Below are positions 1 through 9,160 of a stretch of 32,000 bases of DNA, piece by piece (position 1 is the first letter of the stretch; each line of letters starts with the position of its first letter). The translations under genes and the position numbers were made by a program. The stretch spans positions 1,470,001 to 1,502,000 of the forward strand of contig NZ_CP017260.1 of assembly GCF_001735745.1 (NCBI RefSeq), read 5' to 3'. The notes beneath the pieces were generated by a model that had not been told where the DNA came from, made no database searches, and was given only the letters and a program-made list of their open reading frames with translations. The DNA is from Formosa sp. Hel1_33_131 (GTDB lineage: Bacteria > Bacteroidota > Bacteroidia > Flavobacteriales > Flavobacteriaceae).

Positions 1-1349
1 AAACCACCTTTTTTTGTCAGAGCTGTGGGGCTCAATCTGCCAAATGGCAAGGACAATGTACCTCCTGTAAATCTTGGAATACGATTGTAGAAGAATTGGT
101 TCAGAAACCCGATAAAAAAGATTGGAAAACGGGGAATCAAAGCGCCCCAAACCGGGTCTCGAAACCTTTAAAAATCTCTGAAATTGACACTACCAAAACC
201 GTTCGAATGGATACGGCTGATGGGGAGTTAAATCGCGTTTTAGGAGGCGGGATTGTCCCTGGGTCTCTCACCCTTTTGGGAGGAGAGCCGGGCATAGGAA
301 AAAGCACACTGATGCTTCAAGTATCTTTAAAACTACCCTATAAAACGCTGTACGTTTCAGGGGAAGAAAGTCAAAAACAAATCAAATTACGTGCAGAACG
401 CATTCAACCACTGAATGATACTTGCTACATTTTAACCGAAACAAAAACTCAACTTATATTCAAACAAATTGAAGCACTTCAACCCGATGTGGTGATTATT
501 GATTCGATTCAAACTTTACAAAGTGATTACCTTGAAGCTTCTGCTGGAAGCGTATCTCAAATAAAAGAATGCACAACGGAGCTCATTAAATTTGCAAAAG
601 AAACAGCAACGCCTGTTATTTTAATAGGACACATCACCAAAGACGGTTCTATTGCAGGACCAAAAATATTAGAGCATATGGTAGATACCGTGCTTCAGTT
701 TGAAGGCGATAGAAATCATGTGTTTAGAATTTTAAGAGCCCACAAAAACCGTTTTGGATCCACCCACGAATTGGGGATTTATGAAATGCTAGGAACAGGC
801 TTGCGGGAAGTTACCAATCCCTCAGAAATTCTCATTTCCAAAAAAGACGAAGCCTTATCAGGCAACGCTATTGCGGTTACACTCGAAGGAGTTCGCCCCT
901 TACTCATTGAAGTTCAAGCACTGGTCAGTACCGCGGTTTATGGAACCCCACAACGCAGTGCAACAGGTTTTAACGCCAAACGTCTCAATATGTTGTTGGC
1001 AGTTTTAGAAAAACGTGCCGGCTTTAGACTCGGCGCAAAAGATGTATTTTTAAATATTACAGGAGGTATTAATGTGGACGATCCCGCGATAGATTTAGCA
1101 GTGGTCGCAGCCATTTTATCGTCTAATGACGATGAGGCCTTGGCCAAGAATTTTTGTTTTGCCGGTGAAGTTGGTTTGTCTGGAGAAATCCGACCTGTTC
1201 AGCGTGTGGACCAACGAATTTTAGAAGCTGAAAAATTAGGCTTTGAAATTATATTTGTTTCAAAACACAATAAAATAGGACTTAAAAACACCGCAATCAA
1301 AGTTCAGCTGCTCACCAAAATCGAGGACCTGGTTCAGATTATAGGCTAG
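1..1349 (+). CDS. radA: DNA repair protein RadA/Sms, 5' end truncated by window edge
   Basis: The frame is open to the window edge and enters at nt 3. In-frame upstream residues FFCQSCGAQSAKWQGQCTSCKSWN match the RadA Zn-finger. Also present: Walker A GEPGIGKST, the KNRFG motif and a Lon-like C-terminal domain. Confidence 0.95.
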   Translation, partial: TTFFCQSCGAQSAKWQGQCTSCKSWNTIVEELVQKPDKKDWKTGNQSAPNRVSKPLKISEIDTTKTVRMDTADGELNRVLGGGIVPGSLTLLGGEPGIGKSTLMLQVSLKLPYKTLYVSGEESQKQIKLRAERIQPLNDTCYILTETKTQLIFKQIEALQPDVVIIDSIQTLQSDYLEASAGSVSQIKECTTELIKFAKETATPVILIGHITKDGSIAGPKILEHMVDTVLQFEGDRNHVFRILRAHKNRFGSTHELGIYEMLGTGLREVTNPSEILISKKDEALSGNAIAVTLEGVRPLLIEVQALVSTAVYGTPQRSATGFNAKRLNMLLAVLEKRAGFRLGAKDVFLNITGGINVDDPAIDLAVVAAILSSNDDEALAKNFCFAGEVGLSGEIRPVQRVDQRILEAEKLGFEIIFVSKHNKIGLKNTAIKVQLLTKIEDLVQIIG

Positions 1350-1387
1350 TTGAAACCAAAAAAAGCTGTCAAAAAAAGTTTTTCTTT

Positions 1388-1456
1388 GTCAATCTGAACC
1401 TGCCTACCGTCAGGCAGGGTCAGATTGACAGATCTTTTACTTTTCTAGACAGACTC
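1388..1456. repeat. REP-like hairpin module with conserved tail; probable bidirectional terminator between convergent radA and the bacilliredoxin gene
   Basis: gtcaatctgaacctgcct-accgtc-aggcagggtcagattgac forms a 17-bp stem with 1 mismatch. It is followed by tgacagatcttttacttttctagacagactc. The same hairpin+tail module recurs at 21881-22035, 23347-23399 and 24048-24100. Confidence 0.7.
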
Positions 1457-1476
1457 TTGTGAAATACCGATTGCGA

Positions 1477-1887
1477 TTAACAGTGCTCGTTATACGCATC
1501 CATTAAGTTTTCTGCAATCAATTCTGCAGGGCGTCCTTCGATATGATGACGCTCAAGCATGTGCACCAATTCACCATCTTTAAACAAGGCCATACAAGGC
1601 GAGCTTGGAGGAAACGGAACCATATGTGCTCTCGCTTTATCAACCGCTTCTTTATCAACGCCTGCAAATACCGTAACGGATTGAACGGGACGTTTGTCAT
1701 TTTCTAAACTCATGATGGCACCTGGGCGCGCGTTGGCAGCTGCACAACCACAAACGGAATTGACTACGATTAAAGTCGTGCCAGATTGTGCTAAAGCAGT
1801 GTCCACAGCTTCGGCGGTATGTAATTCTTCAAAACCTACTTGTGTTAAATGTTCACGCATGGGTTTTACTAATTCTGCTGGATACAT
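1477..1887 (-). CDS. Bacilliredoxin (YphP/YqiW, DUF1094 family thiol-disulfide oxidoreductase)
   Basis: 136 aa with a CGC redox motif in VVNSVCGCAAANARPG and family-typical length and ends. Confidence 0.8.
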   Translation of the reverse strand: MYPAELVKPMREHLTQVGFEELHTAEAVDTALAQSGTTLIVVNSVCGCAAANARPGAIMSLENDKRPVQSVTVFAGVDKEAVDKARAHMVPFPPSSPCMALFKDGELVHMLERHHIEGRPAELIAENLMDAYNEHC

Positions 1888-2027
1888 GTGTATTTATTTT
1901 TAATTAAGGTACAAAGATACACATTTGTCGGGCAATTAGATTCATTTTTAAGAATGTCAAATGTTAAATTGACTATAAATTAGTTCAGAAATCTCAGCGG
2001 TTGTCATCGGTTACTATTCTTTTTTTG

Positions 2028-2035
2028 TAGGTTTG
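2028..2035 (+). promoter_or_regulatory. Candidate Bacteroidota -7 box (TAGGTTTG) for the TerB/DnaJ gene
   Basis: Matches TAnnTTTG about 28 nt upstream of the ATG at 2064. No clean -33 TTTG was seen. Confidence 0.35.
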
Positions 2036-2063
2036 ATTTTTAATTTAATTTTTACAGATATAT

Positions 2064-2789
2064 ATGGGATTTTCAAAATGGATAGGTGCTACAATTGGAT
2101 GGTCATTTGGAGGGCCCATTGGGGCTATTATAGGAATGGCAGTGGGCAGTATGCTAGACGCATCTTCTAAAGGTGGCAGCGTGAGAACTCAAAATCAATC
2201 GGCAACACGCTCGGGAGATTTTGAAGTGAGTTTATTGATATTGGCATCGATTGTCATCAAAGCAGATGGAAAGCAAGACCAGCGCGAGTTGGATTTTGTC
2301 CGTGCACAGTTTGTTCAAATGTATGGGAAAGATCGCGCCAATCAGGCCTTTAATTTATTTAAAGAAATTTCCAAACAAACCAATATTTCCACGCGACAAG
2401 TCTGTTTGCAGATTCGTCAAATGATGGACCATGCCTCGCGACTTCAGCTGATTCACTTCTTGTTTGGCATTGCAAAAGCAGATGGTCATGTGGCCGATTC
2501 GGAGGTGGATGCAATTTCTCTTATCGCCTCTTATTTGGGGATCAATCCTAGAGATTTTGAGAGTATTCAAGCCATGTTTTATAAGAGTTCGGATAGTGCG
2601 TATAAAATTTTAGAACTTGACACAAATGCCACCATGTCCGAAATTAAAACGGCTTACAGAAAAATGGCCAAAAAATACCACCCCGATAAAGTCTTGCATT
2701 TAGGAAAAGAACATCAAAAAGGGGCAGAAGAAAAGTTTAGAAAGGTTCAAGAAGCTTACGAACAACTTCAAAAAGAGAAAGGGATTTAG
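2064..2789 (+). CDS. Membrane-anchored TerB-domain / J-domain co-chaperone (DjlA-like architecture)
   Basis: The N-terminal Gly-rich hydrophobic segment is [24 protein letters not shown] central TerB-like repeat is present ([13 protein letters not shown].. / [13 protein letters not shown]..). The C-terminal J-domain is [30 protein letters not shown]. Confidence 0.8.
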   Translation: MGFSKWIGATIGWSFGGPIGAIIGMAVGSMLDASSKGGSVRTQNQSATRSGDFEVSLLILASIVIKADGKQDQRELDFVRAQFVQMYGKDRANQAFNLFKEISKQTNISTRQVCLQIRQMMDHASRLQLIHFLFGIAKADGHVADSEVDAISLIASYLGINPRDFESIQAMFYKSSDSAYKILELDTNATMSEIKTAYRKMAKKYHPDKVLHLGKEHQKGAEEKFRKVQEAYEQLQKEKGI

Positions 2790-2815
2790 TAACTTGCACA
2801 AAATTTCAACTATCC

Positions 2816-3637
2816 ATGGATCAAATTATTTCCTATCTCAGTAGTATCGACCCTATTTTAGCGGCTCTGTATGCGTCATTATTTACGTGGATTGTCACGG
2901 CTTTAGGAGCGTCTCTTGTATTTTTCTTCAAAGGCATGAATCGGGGGCTTTTAGATGGGATGCTCGGTTTTACAGGCGGTGTTATGGTGGCGGCTAGTTT
3001 TTGGAGTCTATTGGCGCCAAGCATTGAAATGAGTCCTGGCGAAGGTTTTGTAAAGGTATTTCCAGCAGCAGTTGGATTTGGATTGGGGGCATTGTTTCTT
3101 TTTGGACTGGACAAGGTGCTTCCTCATTTACATATTAATTTTAAAGAAAGTGAAAAAGAAGGTGTCAAATCGCCTTGGCATCGTACGACATTATTGGTAC
3201 TTGCCATCACACTTCATAACATTCCAGAAGGCTTGGCCGTTGGCGTTCTCTTTGGAGGCGTTGCTGCGGGAATTCCTGAAGCGACTATTGGCGGTGCTGT
3301 GGCATTGGCCATTGGAATTGGAATTCAAAATTTCCCAGAAGGACTGGCGGTTTCCATGCCACTCAGACGACAAGGCGTCACAAAGTTTAAAAGTTTTTGG
3401 TACGGACAATTGTCTGCCATTGTTGAACCGATCGCCGCCGTTATTGGTGCAGTGGCAGTGACCTTTTTCACTCCCATTTTACCTTATGCTTTGGCATTTG
3501 CAGCGGGGGCTATGATTTTTGTAGTCGTTGAAGAAGTGATTCCAGAAACACAGCGCGATAAATATACCGACATTGCAACTCTTGGATTTATTGGAGGGTT
3601 TATTGTGATGATGACCTTAGATGTTGCTTTAGGTTAG
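2816..3637 (+). CDS. ZIP family divalent metal (zinc) transporter, ZupT/GufA-like
   Basis: 273 aa polytopic protein with signatures HNIPEGLAVG and QNFPEGLAVS. Confidence 0.85.
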   Translation: MDQIISYLSSIDPILAALYASLFTWIVTALGASLVFFFKGMNRGLLDGMLGFTGGVMVAASFWSLLAPSIEMSPGEGFVKVFPAAVGFGLGALFLFGLDKVLPHLHINFKESEKEGVKSPWHRTTLLVLAITLHNIPEGLAVGVLFGGVAAGIPEATIGGAVALAIGIGIQNFPEGLAVSMPLRRQGVTKFKSFWYGQLSAIVEPIAAVIGAVAVTFFTPILPYALAFAAGAMIFVVVEEVIPETQRDKYTDIATLGFIGGFIVMMTLDVALG

Positions 3638-3765
3638 CATCCACAACTGCCGTTGCCACAATCACCATCCTTTTTTTTGGACTTCCAGAGCTGTTTACGG
3701 AACAGATAAGCAAGCGCCAAAATTAAAATGGAAGCGATTACAACTGTTTGAAAGGTTTCGTTCAT
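3634..3765 (-). CDS. FeoB-associated Cys-rich small membrane protein (43 aa, not in the ORF track)
   Basis: Manual translation gives MNETFQTVVIASILILALAYLFRKQLWKSKKKDGDCGNGSCGC. It has one TM helix, a basic stretch and a CxxxxCxC tail. It starts 5 nt after the feoB stop, and its stop codon overlaps the stop of the convergent ZIP gene. Confidence 0.7.
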   Translation of the reverse strand: MNETFQTVVIASILILALAYLFRKQLWKSKKKDGDCGNGSCGC

Positions 3766-3769
3766 GTCC

Positions 3770-5869
3770 TTATTTTAAAAATTGAAACGCAATTAAAGCA
3801 CAAATATAAGCGATGGCTGTCATTCCAATGAGCTGAAGTATTGGCCACTTCCAGCTTTTTGTTTCTCGTTTTACAATTGCCAATGTACTCATGCATTGCA
3901 TGGCAAACGCATAAAACAAGAGTAAAGAAATCCCCGAAGCAAGTGTGAATACTTTGGTACCATCGGCATACGTTTCGTTCGCCATTTTGGTTTTGATAGT
4001 CTCTATGTTTTCACCTTCACTGGCGCTTCCTACACTGTAAATTGTTGCCAAAGTTCCTACAAATACTTCTCGAGCTGCAAAAGAGGCAACCAATCCAATA
4101 CCCACTTTCCAATCATATCCCAAAGGTTTGATCAGGGGTTCAATGGTTTTTCCAACGATGCCTATATAAGAGTGTTCTAGCTTAAAAGCTGCAATTTGAT
4201 CGTTTCGTTCATAAGTGGTTTGCGTGGCGGTTGTTTCCACATAAGACTCGGCATTTTTGAATTTATCACCAGGACCAAAAGACGCCATTACCCAAAGAAT
4301 AATGGAGATGGCTAAAATGATTTTCCCGGCTTCAAACACAAAGGTTTTTGTTTTTTCAATGACCGTAATAATGACGTTTTTCAGTAAGGGCAATTTATAG
4401 TTGGGCATCTCAACCACAAAAAAGGTCTTGTGCTTTGTTTTTAAAATTCTATCGAGGATGTAAGCCGAAAAGATGGCCATTCCAAATCCAACGAGGTACA
4501 AGGCCATTAAGGTGAGTGCTTGGTAGCTGAGTCCAATAATAGAGCCTTCTGGGATTACCAAGGCGATGATGATGAGGTACACGGGCAAACGTGCCGAACA
4601 GGTGGTAAAAGGGACGACTAATATGGTAATGAGGCGTTCTTTCCAGTTTTCAATATTTCGGGTGGCCATGACGGCTGGAATGGCACAAGCCGTTCCAGAA
4701 ATTAAGGGCACTAAACTTTTCCCACTCAATCCAAATCGACGCATCACGCGGTCCATCAAAAAGACCACACGACTCATATAACCACTTTCTTCTAAAATCG
4801 AAATAAACAAAAACAAAAAGGCAATTTGTGGGATAAAAATCACAATCCCTCCAATTCCGGAGACAATGCCTTCCGCAACTAAATCGGTTAACATTCCGCC
4901 ACCGGGAAAGGTGTTTTTAACCCATTCTGCCAAGCTTGCAAAGGTGGTATCGATGAGGTCCATAGGGAAGGTTGCCCAGTCATAGATTGCTTGAAAAATG
5001 GTTAATAAAATCAAGAAAAAGATCACATATCCCCATACTTTATGAATGAGTAAACGGTCCAATTTACTTCGTAAGCCAGTGGCCTTGGAGCGGTCAATGG
5101 TTTGTCCTTCTTTTAAAATCGCATTGATAAATTGGTAGCGTTTGATGGCTTCTTTTTGCTGCAATCGCTTTAATTCCTGATTCGATTTTGTTTTAAATTT
5201 TGATATATCTAATTCCTGACGGGTGATTTTTCCAAAATTTGCATCTTGAGTAATCACCAACCATAATTTGTAAACATCCTGATTAGGAAACGCTTTTTGT
5301 AAACTTTGAAAATAAGTTGCGTCAATTGTGGAGGTGTCCAAACAGGGTTCCGTAGAAATGGTTTTATAATTCTCAATGAGCTGTTTGAGTTCATCAATGC
5401 CTCGATTTTTTCGGGTACTGACAAGTGCTATTTTGGTATGAAGCTTGGCTTCTAACAATCCGATATCCAAGGAGATGCCTTTGCGGTTCATCAAATCACT
5501 CATGTTAATCACCAAAATAGTGGGGATTTTGAGGTCTTTAATTTGTGTAAATAAGAGTAAATTTCGTTTTAAGTTTTCAACATCACTGACAATTATTGCG
5601 ACATCGGGGTAGTCTTTATCGTTTTTATTGAGCAATAATTCGATCACCACATTTTCATCCAAAGAAGAGGCGTTGAGGCTGTAGGTGCCTGGGAGGTCCA
5701 ACACATGGGCTTTGACGCCACGAGATAATTTACAAATCCCTTGCTTTTTATCGACGGTAATGCCAGGATAATTCCCCACCTTTTGATTGAGGCCTGTCAA
5801 CGCATTAAACACCGAAGTTTTTCCGGTGTTAGGGTTTCCAATTAGCGCAACGTTTAGCTGTTTACTCAT
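3770..5869 (-). CDS. feoB: Ferrous iron transporter FeoB
   Basis: 699 aa. The N-terminal G-domain has GNPNTGKTS and DLPGTYSL, followed by a polytopic C-terminal permease. It overlaps the feoA stop by 8 nt. Confidence 0.95.
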   Translation of the reverse strand: MSKQLNVALIGNPNTGKTSVFNALTGLNQKVGNYPGITVDKKQGICKLSRGVKAHVLDLPGTYSLNASSLDENVVIELLLNKNDKDYPDVAIIVSDVENLKRNLLLFTQIKDLKIPTILVINMSDLMNRKGISLDIGLLEAKLHTKIALVSTRKNRGIDELKQLIENYKTISTEPCLDTSTIDATYFQSLQKAFPNQDVYKLWLVITQDANFGKITRQELDISKFKTKSNQELKRLQQKEAIKRYQFINAILKEGQTIDRSKATGLRSKLDRLLIHKVWGYVIFFLILLTIFQAIYDWATFPMDLIDTTFASLAEWVKNTFPGGGMLTDLVAEGIVSGIGGIVIFIPQIAFLFLFISILEESGYMSRVVFLMDRVMRRFGLSGKSLVPLISGTACAIPAVMATRNIENWKERLITILVVPFTTCSARLPVYLIIIALVIPEGSIIGLSYQALTLMALYLVGFGMAIFSAYILDRILKTKHKTFFVVEMPNYKLPLLKNVIITVIEKTKTFVFEAGKIILAISIILWVMASFGPGDKFKNAESYVETTATQTTYERNDQIAAFKLEHSYIGIVGKTIEPLIKPLGYDWKVGIGLVASFAAREVFVGTLATIYSVGSASEGENIETIKTKMANETYADGTKVFTLASGISLLLFYAFAMQCMSTLAIVKRETKSWKWPILQLIGMTAIAYICALIAFQFLK

Positions 5870-6095
5870 CTATTTTTTCGATTACAATCAGGGAGGCTGT
5901 TTCTTTTCTTATGGCCAAAAAGCTATCGTTTACATTCAGGTACATCGGGTCGGAAAAGGGGGCCAGTTGAAGTAAATGCACTTCATTCCCAGGGAGGCAT
6001 CCCATTTCTAGTAATTTTAGAGGGATGTCTTCTGAAGAGCTGTCGGTAATAATGCCTTTTTCTCCTTTTTTAAGATCTGCAATGGTAAAGCGCAT
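5862..6095 (-). CDS. feoA: Ferrous iron transport protein FeoA
   Basis: 77-aa SH3-like FeoA with LKKGEKGIIT..LLEMGCLPG, translationally coupled to feoB. Confidence 0.9.
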   Translation of the reverse strand: MRFTIADLKKGEKGIITDSSSEDIPLKLLEMGCLPGNEVHLLQLAPFSDPMYLNVNDSFLAIRKETASLIVIEKIDE

Positions 6096-6121
6096 GCTTA
6101 TTTAGATTCATTTTAAAGAAG

Positions 6122-6129
6122 CAAAAGTA
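6122..6129 (-). promoter_or_regulatory. Candidate -7 box (TACTTTTG) for feoAB
   Basis: Reverse complement of caaaagta, 26 nt upstream of the feoA ATG, in the 43-nt gap after the SCO gene. Confidence 0.4.
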
Positions 6130-6138
6130 CTAAAAAGA

Positions 6139-6813
6139 TTAGTTTTTATACGATGCTTTTAAAATTTTTATCTCTTCAAGAAGGCGGTCAATTTCCTCAG
6201 GATCGGTTCCATCGTAAAACCCACGGATTTGCCGTTTTTTATCAATCAACATAAAATTCTCGGTATGAATCATGTCAAAGGGGCCGCCGTCGCCTGCATC
6301 TTTCACTGCCAGATAGGATTTGCGTGCGAGTTCATAAATTTGTTTTTTGTCGCCTGTGACCAAGTTCCATTTGGAGGCATTCACCAATTTTTTTTTGGCG
6401 TAGCGTTTGAGTTGGGCAACGGAGTCAATTTCGGGCGTTACGGAATGGGATAGGAGTAAAATTTCAGGATCACTAATGGTTTTCTTTTGAATGTCGTACA
6501 TGTGATCCGTCATAATGGGGCAGATGGTCTGGCAGGTGGTGAAGAAAAAATCGGCTACATAGATTTTATTTTTATAAAATTCATGTGTAATCGTTTCTCC
6601 ATTTTGATTGATCAAGCTAAAATCTGCGATGCGGTGGTATTTTTTTTGATGTTGAATGGTGCTGTCTACCAATTCATAATTCACTTGTGCCGGCTGGTAA
6701 ATAGGCAGTGCTTTTACAGGATTCAGGATGTTGTAAAACAGAGTGATAATAATGCAGGACAGCACAAAGAGGGTGGTAATGAACAGTTTGTATTTTTTTA
6801 AAAAGGAATTCAT
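6139..6813 (-). CDS. SCO1/SenC family copper chaperone / thioredoxin-like protein
   Basis: CxxxC motif in FFFTTCQTICP with an N-terminal TM anchor. The ATG at 6813 (MNSFLKKYK..) is preferred over the track's TTG start at 6843, because a TACTTTTG -7 box lies at 6833-6840 inside the longer ORF. Confidence 0.85.
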   Translation of the reverse strand: MNSFLKKYKLFITTLFVLSCIIITLFYNILNPVKALPIYQPAQVNYELVDSTIQHQKKYHRIADFSLINQNGETITHEFYKNKIYVADFFFTTCQTICPIMTDHMYDIQKKTISDPEILLLSHSVTPEIDSVAQLKRYAKKKLVNASKWNLVTGDKKQIYELARKSYLAVKDAGDGGPFDMIHTENFMLIDKKRQIRGFYDGTDPEEIDRLLEEIKILKASYKN

Positions 6814-6900
6814 AGGGTTGTCATTGTGTTTGCAAAAGTACAATACAGAACAGAGAACTTTGAATATATCTTCCTATAAATTAAGCGTCTCAATAAAGTT

Positions 6901-6930
6901 TTTGTATCTAAACTGAAAACTTTACATTTG
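6901..6930 (+). promoter_or_regulatory. Bacteroidota-type promoter for rseP (TTTG-N18-TACATTTG)
   Basis: TTTG at 6901-6904 and TACATTTG at 6923-6930; the ATG is at 6955. Confidence 0.5.
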
Positions 6931-6954
6931 TTCACTTAATCCTACACATACTAC

Positions 6955-8295
6955 ATGGAATTTGTTATCAAAATATCACAGTTTTTATTGAGCCTCTCCT
7001 TACTGATTGTGCTGCACGAATTAGGCCATTTTATTCCGGCTAAATTATTTAAAACCCGCGTTGAAAAGTTTTACCTCTTTTTCGATGTCAAATATTCTTT
7101 GTTTAAAAAGAAAATTGGCGATACTGTTTACGGGATTGGTTGGTTGCCTTTGGGTGGCTATGTGAAGATTTCAGGGATGATTGACGAGAGCATGGACAAA
7201 GAGCAAATGGCACAAGAGCCACAGCCTTGGGAATTCCGCTCTAAGCCGTCTTGGCAACGATTGATTATCATGTTGGGTGGTGTGACCGTTAATTTTATAT
7301 TGGCTGCGGTTATTTATGTTTTTATGGCGTTTTCGTATGGCGATTCTGATATTGATGCAAAAAGCATCAAAGATGGGTATATGATTACAAACCCTTTACT
7401 GATCGAACTCGGATTACAAACGGGCGATAATATTACAGCGATTAATGACCAAGAGATTGTGAATTATTCAGATTTAAAAAAGAACCTTTTGGCGGCGCAA
7501 CTCGTGAGTTTCGAGCGTAACGGCGTGCCAATGACGGTGACGTTTCCTGAAGACTTTTTAGGTCAACTGAGCAGCAGCAAAAGCCGTTCCTTTTTTGAAT
7601 TGAGACAACCATTTATGGTAAGTGAAATACAGGAAACCTCCTTAAATAAAGACCAAGATTTACAGAAAGGCGATGTGTTGACGAGTGTTGACGGGAAGCC
7701 TCTTAAATATTTTGATGAATTTGAAGCTTTGGCTTCAGACTACAAAGGGCAAACTGTGAACGTTACTGTTTTAAGAGCTGGGGAATCCCTTAACAAAACT
7801 CTTCAGATTGATGCCGATGGGAAGTTAGGAATTATCACAGGAGCTAGTTATTCTGCGATACAAGAACTGGGTTACTATAAAATTGTTGAAAACGAATATA
7901 CATTTGGTGAAAGTATTGGGGTTGGTCTGAATCGTTTTACCTCACAGATGTCGGCATATTGGATGCAGTTAAAACTTATTTTCTCACCGAGTACAGGAGC
8001 TTATAAAGGGGTTGGTGGATTTAAAGCCATCTTCGATATTTTTCCAGACACTTGGAGTTGGGAAGCATTTTGGAGTATTACGGCCTTTTTATCGATTATG
8101 TTAGGGGTGTTGAACTTATTGCCTATTCCTGCTTTGGACGGTGGACACGTGATGTTTTTACTTTACGAAATGGTTTCTGGGCGTAAGCCAAGCGACAAGT
8201 TTATGGAGTATGCACAAACGGCTGGATTCTTTATTTTGATTGCCTTAGTGTTGTTTGCCAATGGAAATGATATTTTTAAAGCGGTATTTGGTTAA
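6955..8295 (+). CDS. rseP: RIP site-2 metalloprotease RseP (M50 family)
   Basis: HELGH zinc motif in the first TM helix, central PDZ region, and C-terminal LNLLPIPALDGGH motif. Confidence 0.93.
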   Translation: MEFVIKISQFLLSLSLLIVLHELGHFIPAKLFKTRVEKFYLFFDVKYSLFKKKIGDTVYGIGWLPLGGYVKISGMIDESMDKEQMAQEPQPWEFRSKPSWQRLIIMLGGVTVNFILAAVIYVFMAFSYGDSDIDAKSIKDGYMITNPLLIELGLQTGDNITAINDQEIVNYSDLKKNLLAAQLVSFERNGVPMTVTFPEDFLGQLSSSKSRSFFELRQPFMVSEIQETSLNKDQDLQKGDVLTSVDGKPLKYFDEFEALASDYKGQTVNVTVLRAGESLNKTLQIDADGKLGIITGASYSAIQELGYYKIVENEYTFGESIGVGLNRFTSQMSAYWMQLKLIFSPSTGAYKGVGGFKAIFDIFPDTWSWEAFWSITAFLSIMLGVLNLLPIPALDGGHVMFLLYEMVSGRKPSDKFMEYAQTAGFFILIALVLFANGNDIFKAVFG

Positions 8296-8312
8296 ATATT
8301 ATTAAAATTCTA

Positions 8313-8343
8313 TTTGTATAGAATAAAAAATACTATATATTTG
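8313..8343 (+). promoter_or_regulatory. Canonical Bacteroidota promoter for tRNA-Asn (TTTG-N19-TATATTTG)
   Basis: TTTG at 8313-8316 and TATATTTG at 8336-8343; the tRNA 5' end is at 8367. Confidence 0.6.
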
Positions 8344-8366
8344 CGCTCGCAATAGCGAAAAAACAC

Positions 8367-8440
8367 TCCTCCTTAGCTCAGTTGGTTAGAGCATCTGACT
8401 GTTAATCAGAGGGTCCTTAGTTCGAGCCTAAGAGGAGGAG
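8367..8440 (+). tRNA. tRNA-Asn (anticodon GTT)
   Basis: Hand-folded cloverleaf: acceptor TCCTCCT/AGGAGGA, D-arm GCTC/GAGC, anticodon arm TCTGA-CTGTTAA-TCAGA, T-arm CTTAG-TTCGAGC-CTAAG. 74 nt, no encoded CCA. Confidence 0.95.
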
Positions 8441-8450
8441 CAAGTTATAA

Positions 8451-8481
8451 AGCCTTTACAGAAATGTAAGGGCTTTTTTTT
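8451..8481 (+). terminator. Rho-independent terminator after tRNA-Asn
   Basis: agcctttaca-gaaa-tgtaagggct stem-loop followed by T8. Confidence 0.8.
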
Positions 8482-8642
8482 GGTGCGTACACGCCCCTAA
8501 ATTTTGCTGAAAAAATCACACTTTGGAAGAACGTAGAAAAACACTGTTTTTAGATTGACTCTCCCTTTTTTCAAACGCACAGACTTCTAAAATTCTGTTA
8601 AAAAATAGTTTAGCAATCAGAATTTAGTACCTTTAATTTATT

Positions 8643-9059
8643 ATGAAACATGCATTCCATAAAATAGCGTCCTTATTAATGGCTTTTGTAGTCTTATTTT
8701 CTACACTGTCATTTACGGTTGACATGCACTTTTGTGGCGAAACTTTAGTAGATACCGCCCTATTTCAAAAGGCAAAAACCTGCGGAATGGAAATACAAAA
8801 CCCACCTACTACTGATGGATGTACTATTTCTAAAAAGAATTGTTGTAACGACAAACAATTAGTGATTGAGGGTCAAAATGAATTGCAACTGTCTTTTGAC
8901 AGCCTTTCTTTTGAACAACAACAATTTGTGGTTGCTTTGGTTTACACTTATAGCACCCTTTTTGAAGGTTTAGATTGTAATTCATCCTCTTTCGAAGCAT
9001 ACAAACCACCACGCGTCATAAGGCAAATCTTCAAGCTTGACGAGACGTATTTAATTTGA
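8643..9059 (+). CDS. Small signal-anchored Cys-rich protein, HYC_CC_PP-like family of unknown function
   Basis: 138 aa with N-terminal hydrophobic anchor IASLLMAFVVLFSTLSF. Motifs occur in family order: MHFCGE (HYC-like), KNCCNDK (CC), YKPPRV (PP). It lies directly upstream of the heavy-metal RND pump. Confidence 0.55.
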   Translation: MKHAFHKIASLLMAFVVLFSTLSFTVDMHFCGETLVDTALFQKAKTCGMEIQNPPTTDGCTISKKNCCNDKQLVIEGQNELQLSFDSLSFEQQQFVVALVYTYSTLFEGLDCNSSSFEAYKPPRVIRQIFKLDETYLI

Positions 9060-9160
9060 TTTTTTTTTTAGTAATGAGTTGTAACGCAAAATAGTTTGCG
9101 TCATAACGTCTAAAGACTTTGTACTTAATTCTTTGTACTTAATACTTAAAACTCAAATCA

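Noticed and set aside
3072-3461. 129-aa alternative-frame ORF inside the ZIP transporter gene, plus the antisense ORFs at 2833-3114 and 3191-3409
   Set aside because: They are shadow ORFs of a confidently identified polytopic transporter gene, with low-complexity, non-homologous-looking translations.
6814-6843. Longer SCO protein start (track start at 6843)
   Set aside because: That start codon is TTG, and the extension contains a TACTTTTG -7 promoter box. The ATG at 6813 gives a normal signal-anchor N-terminus.
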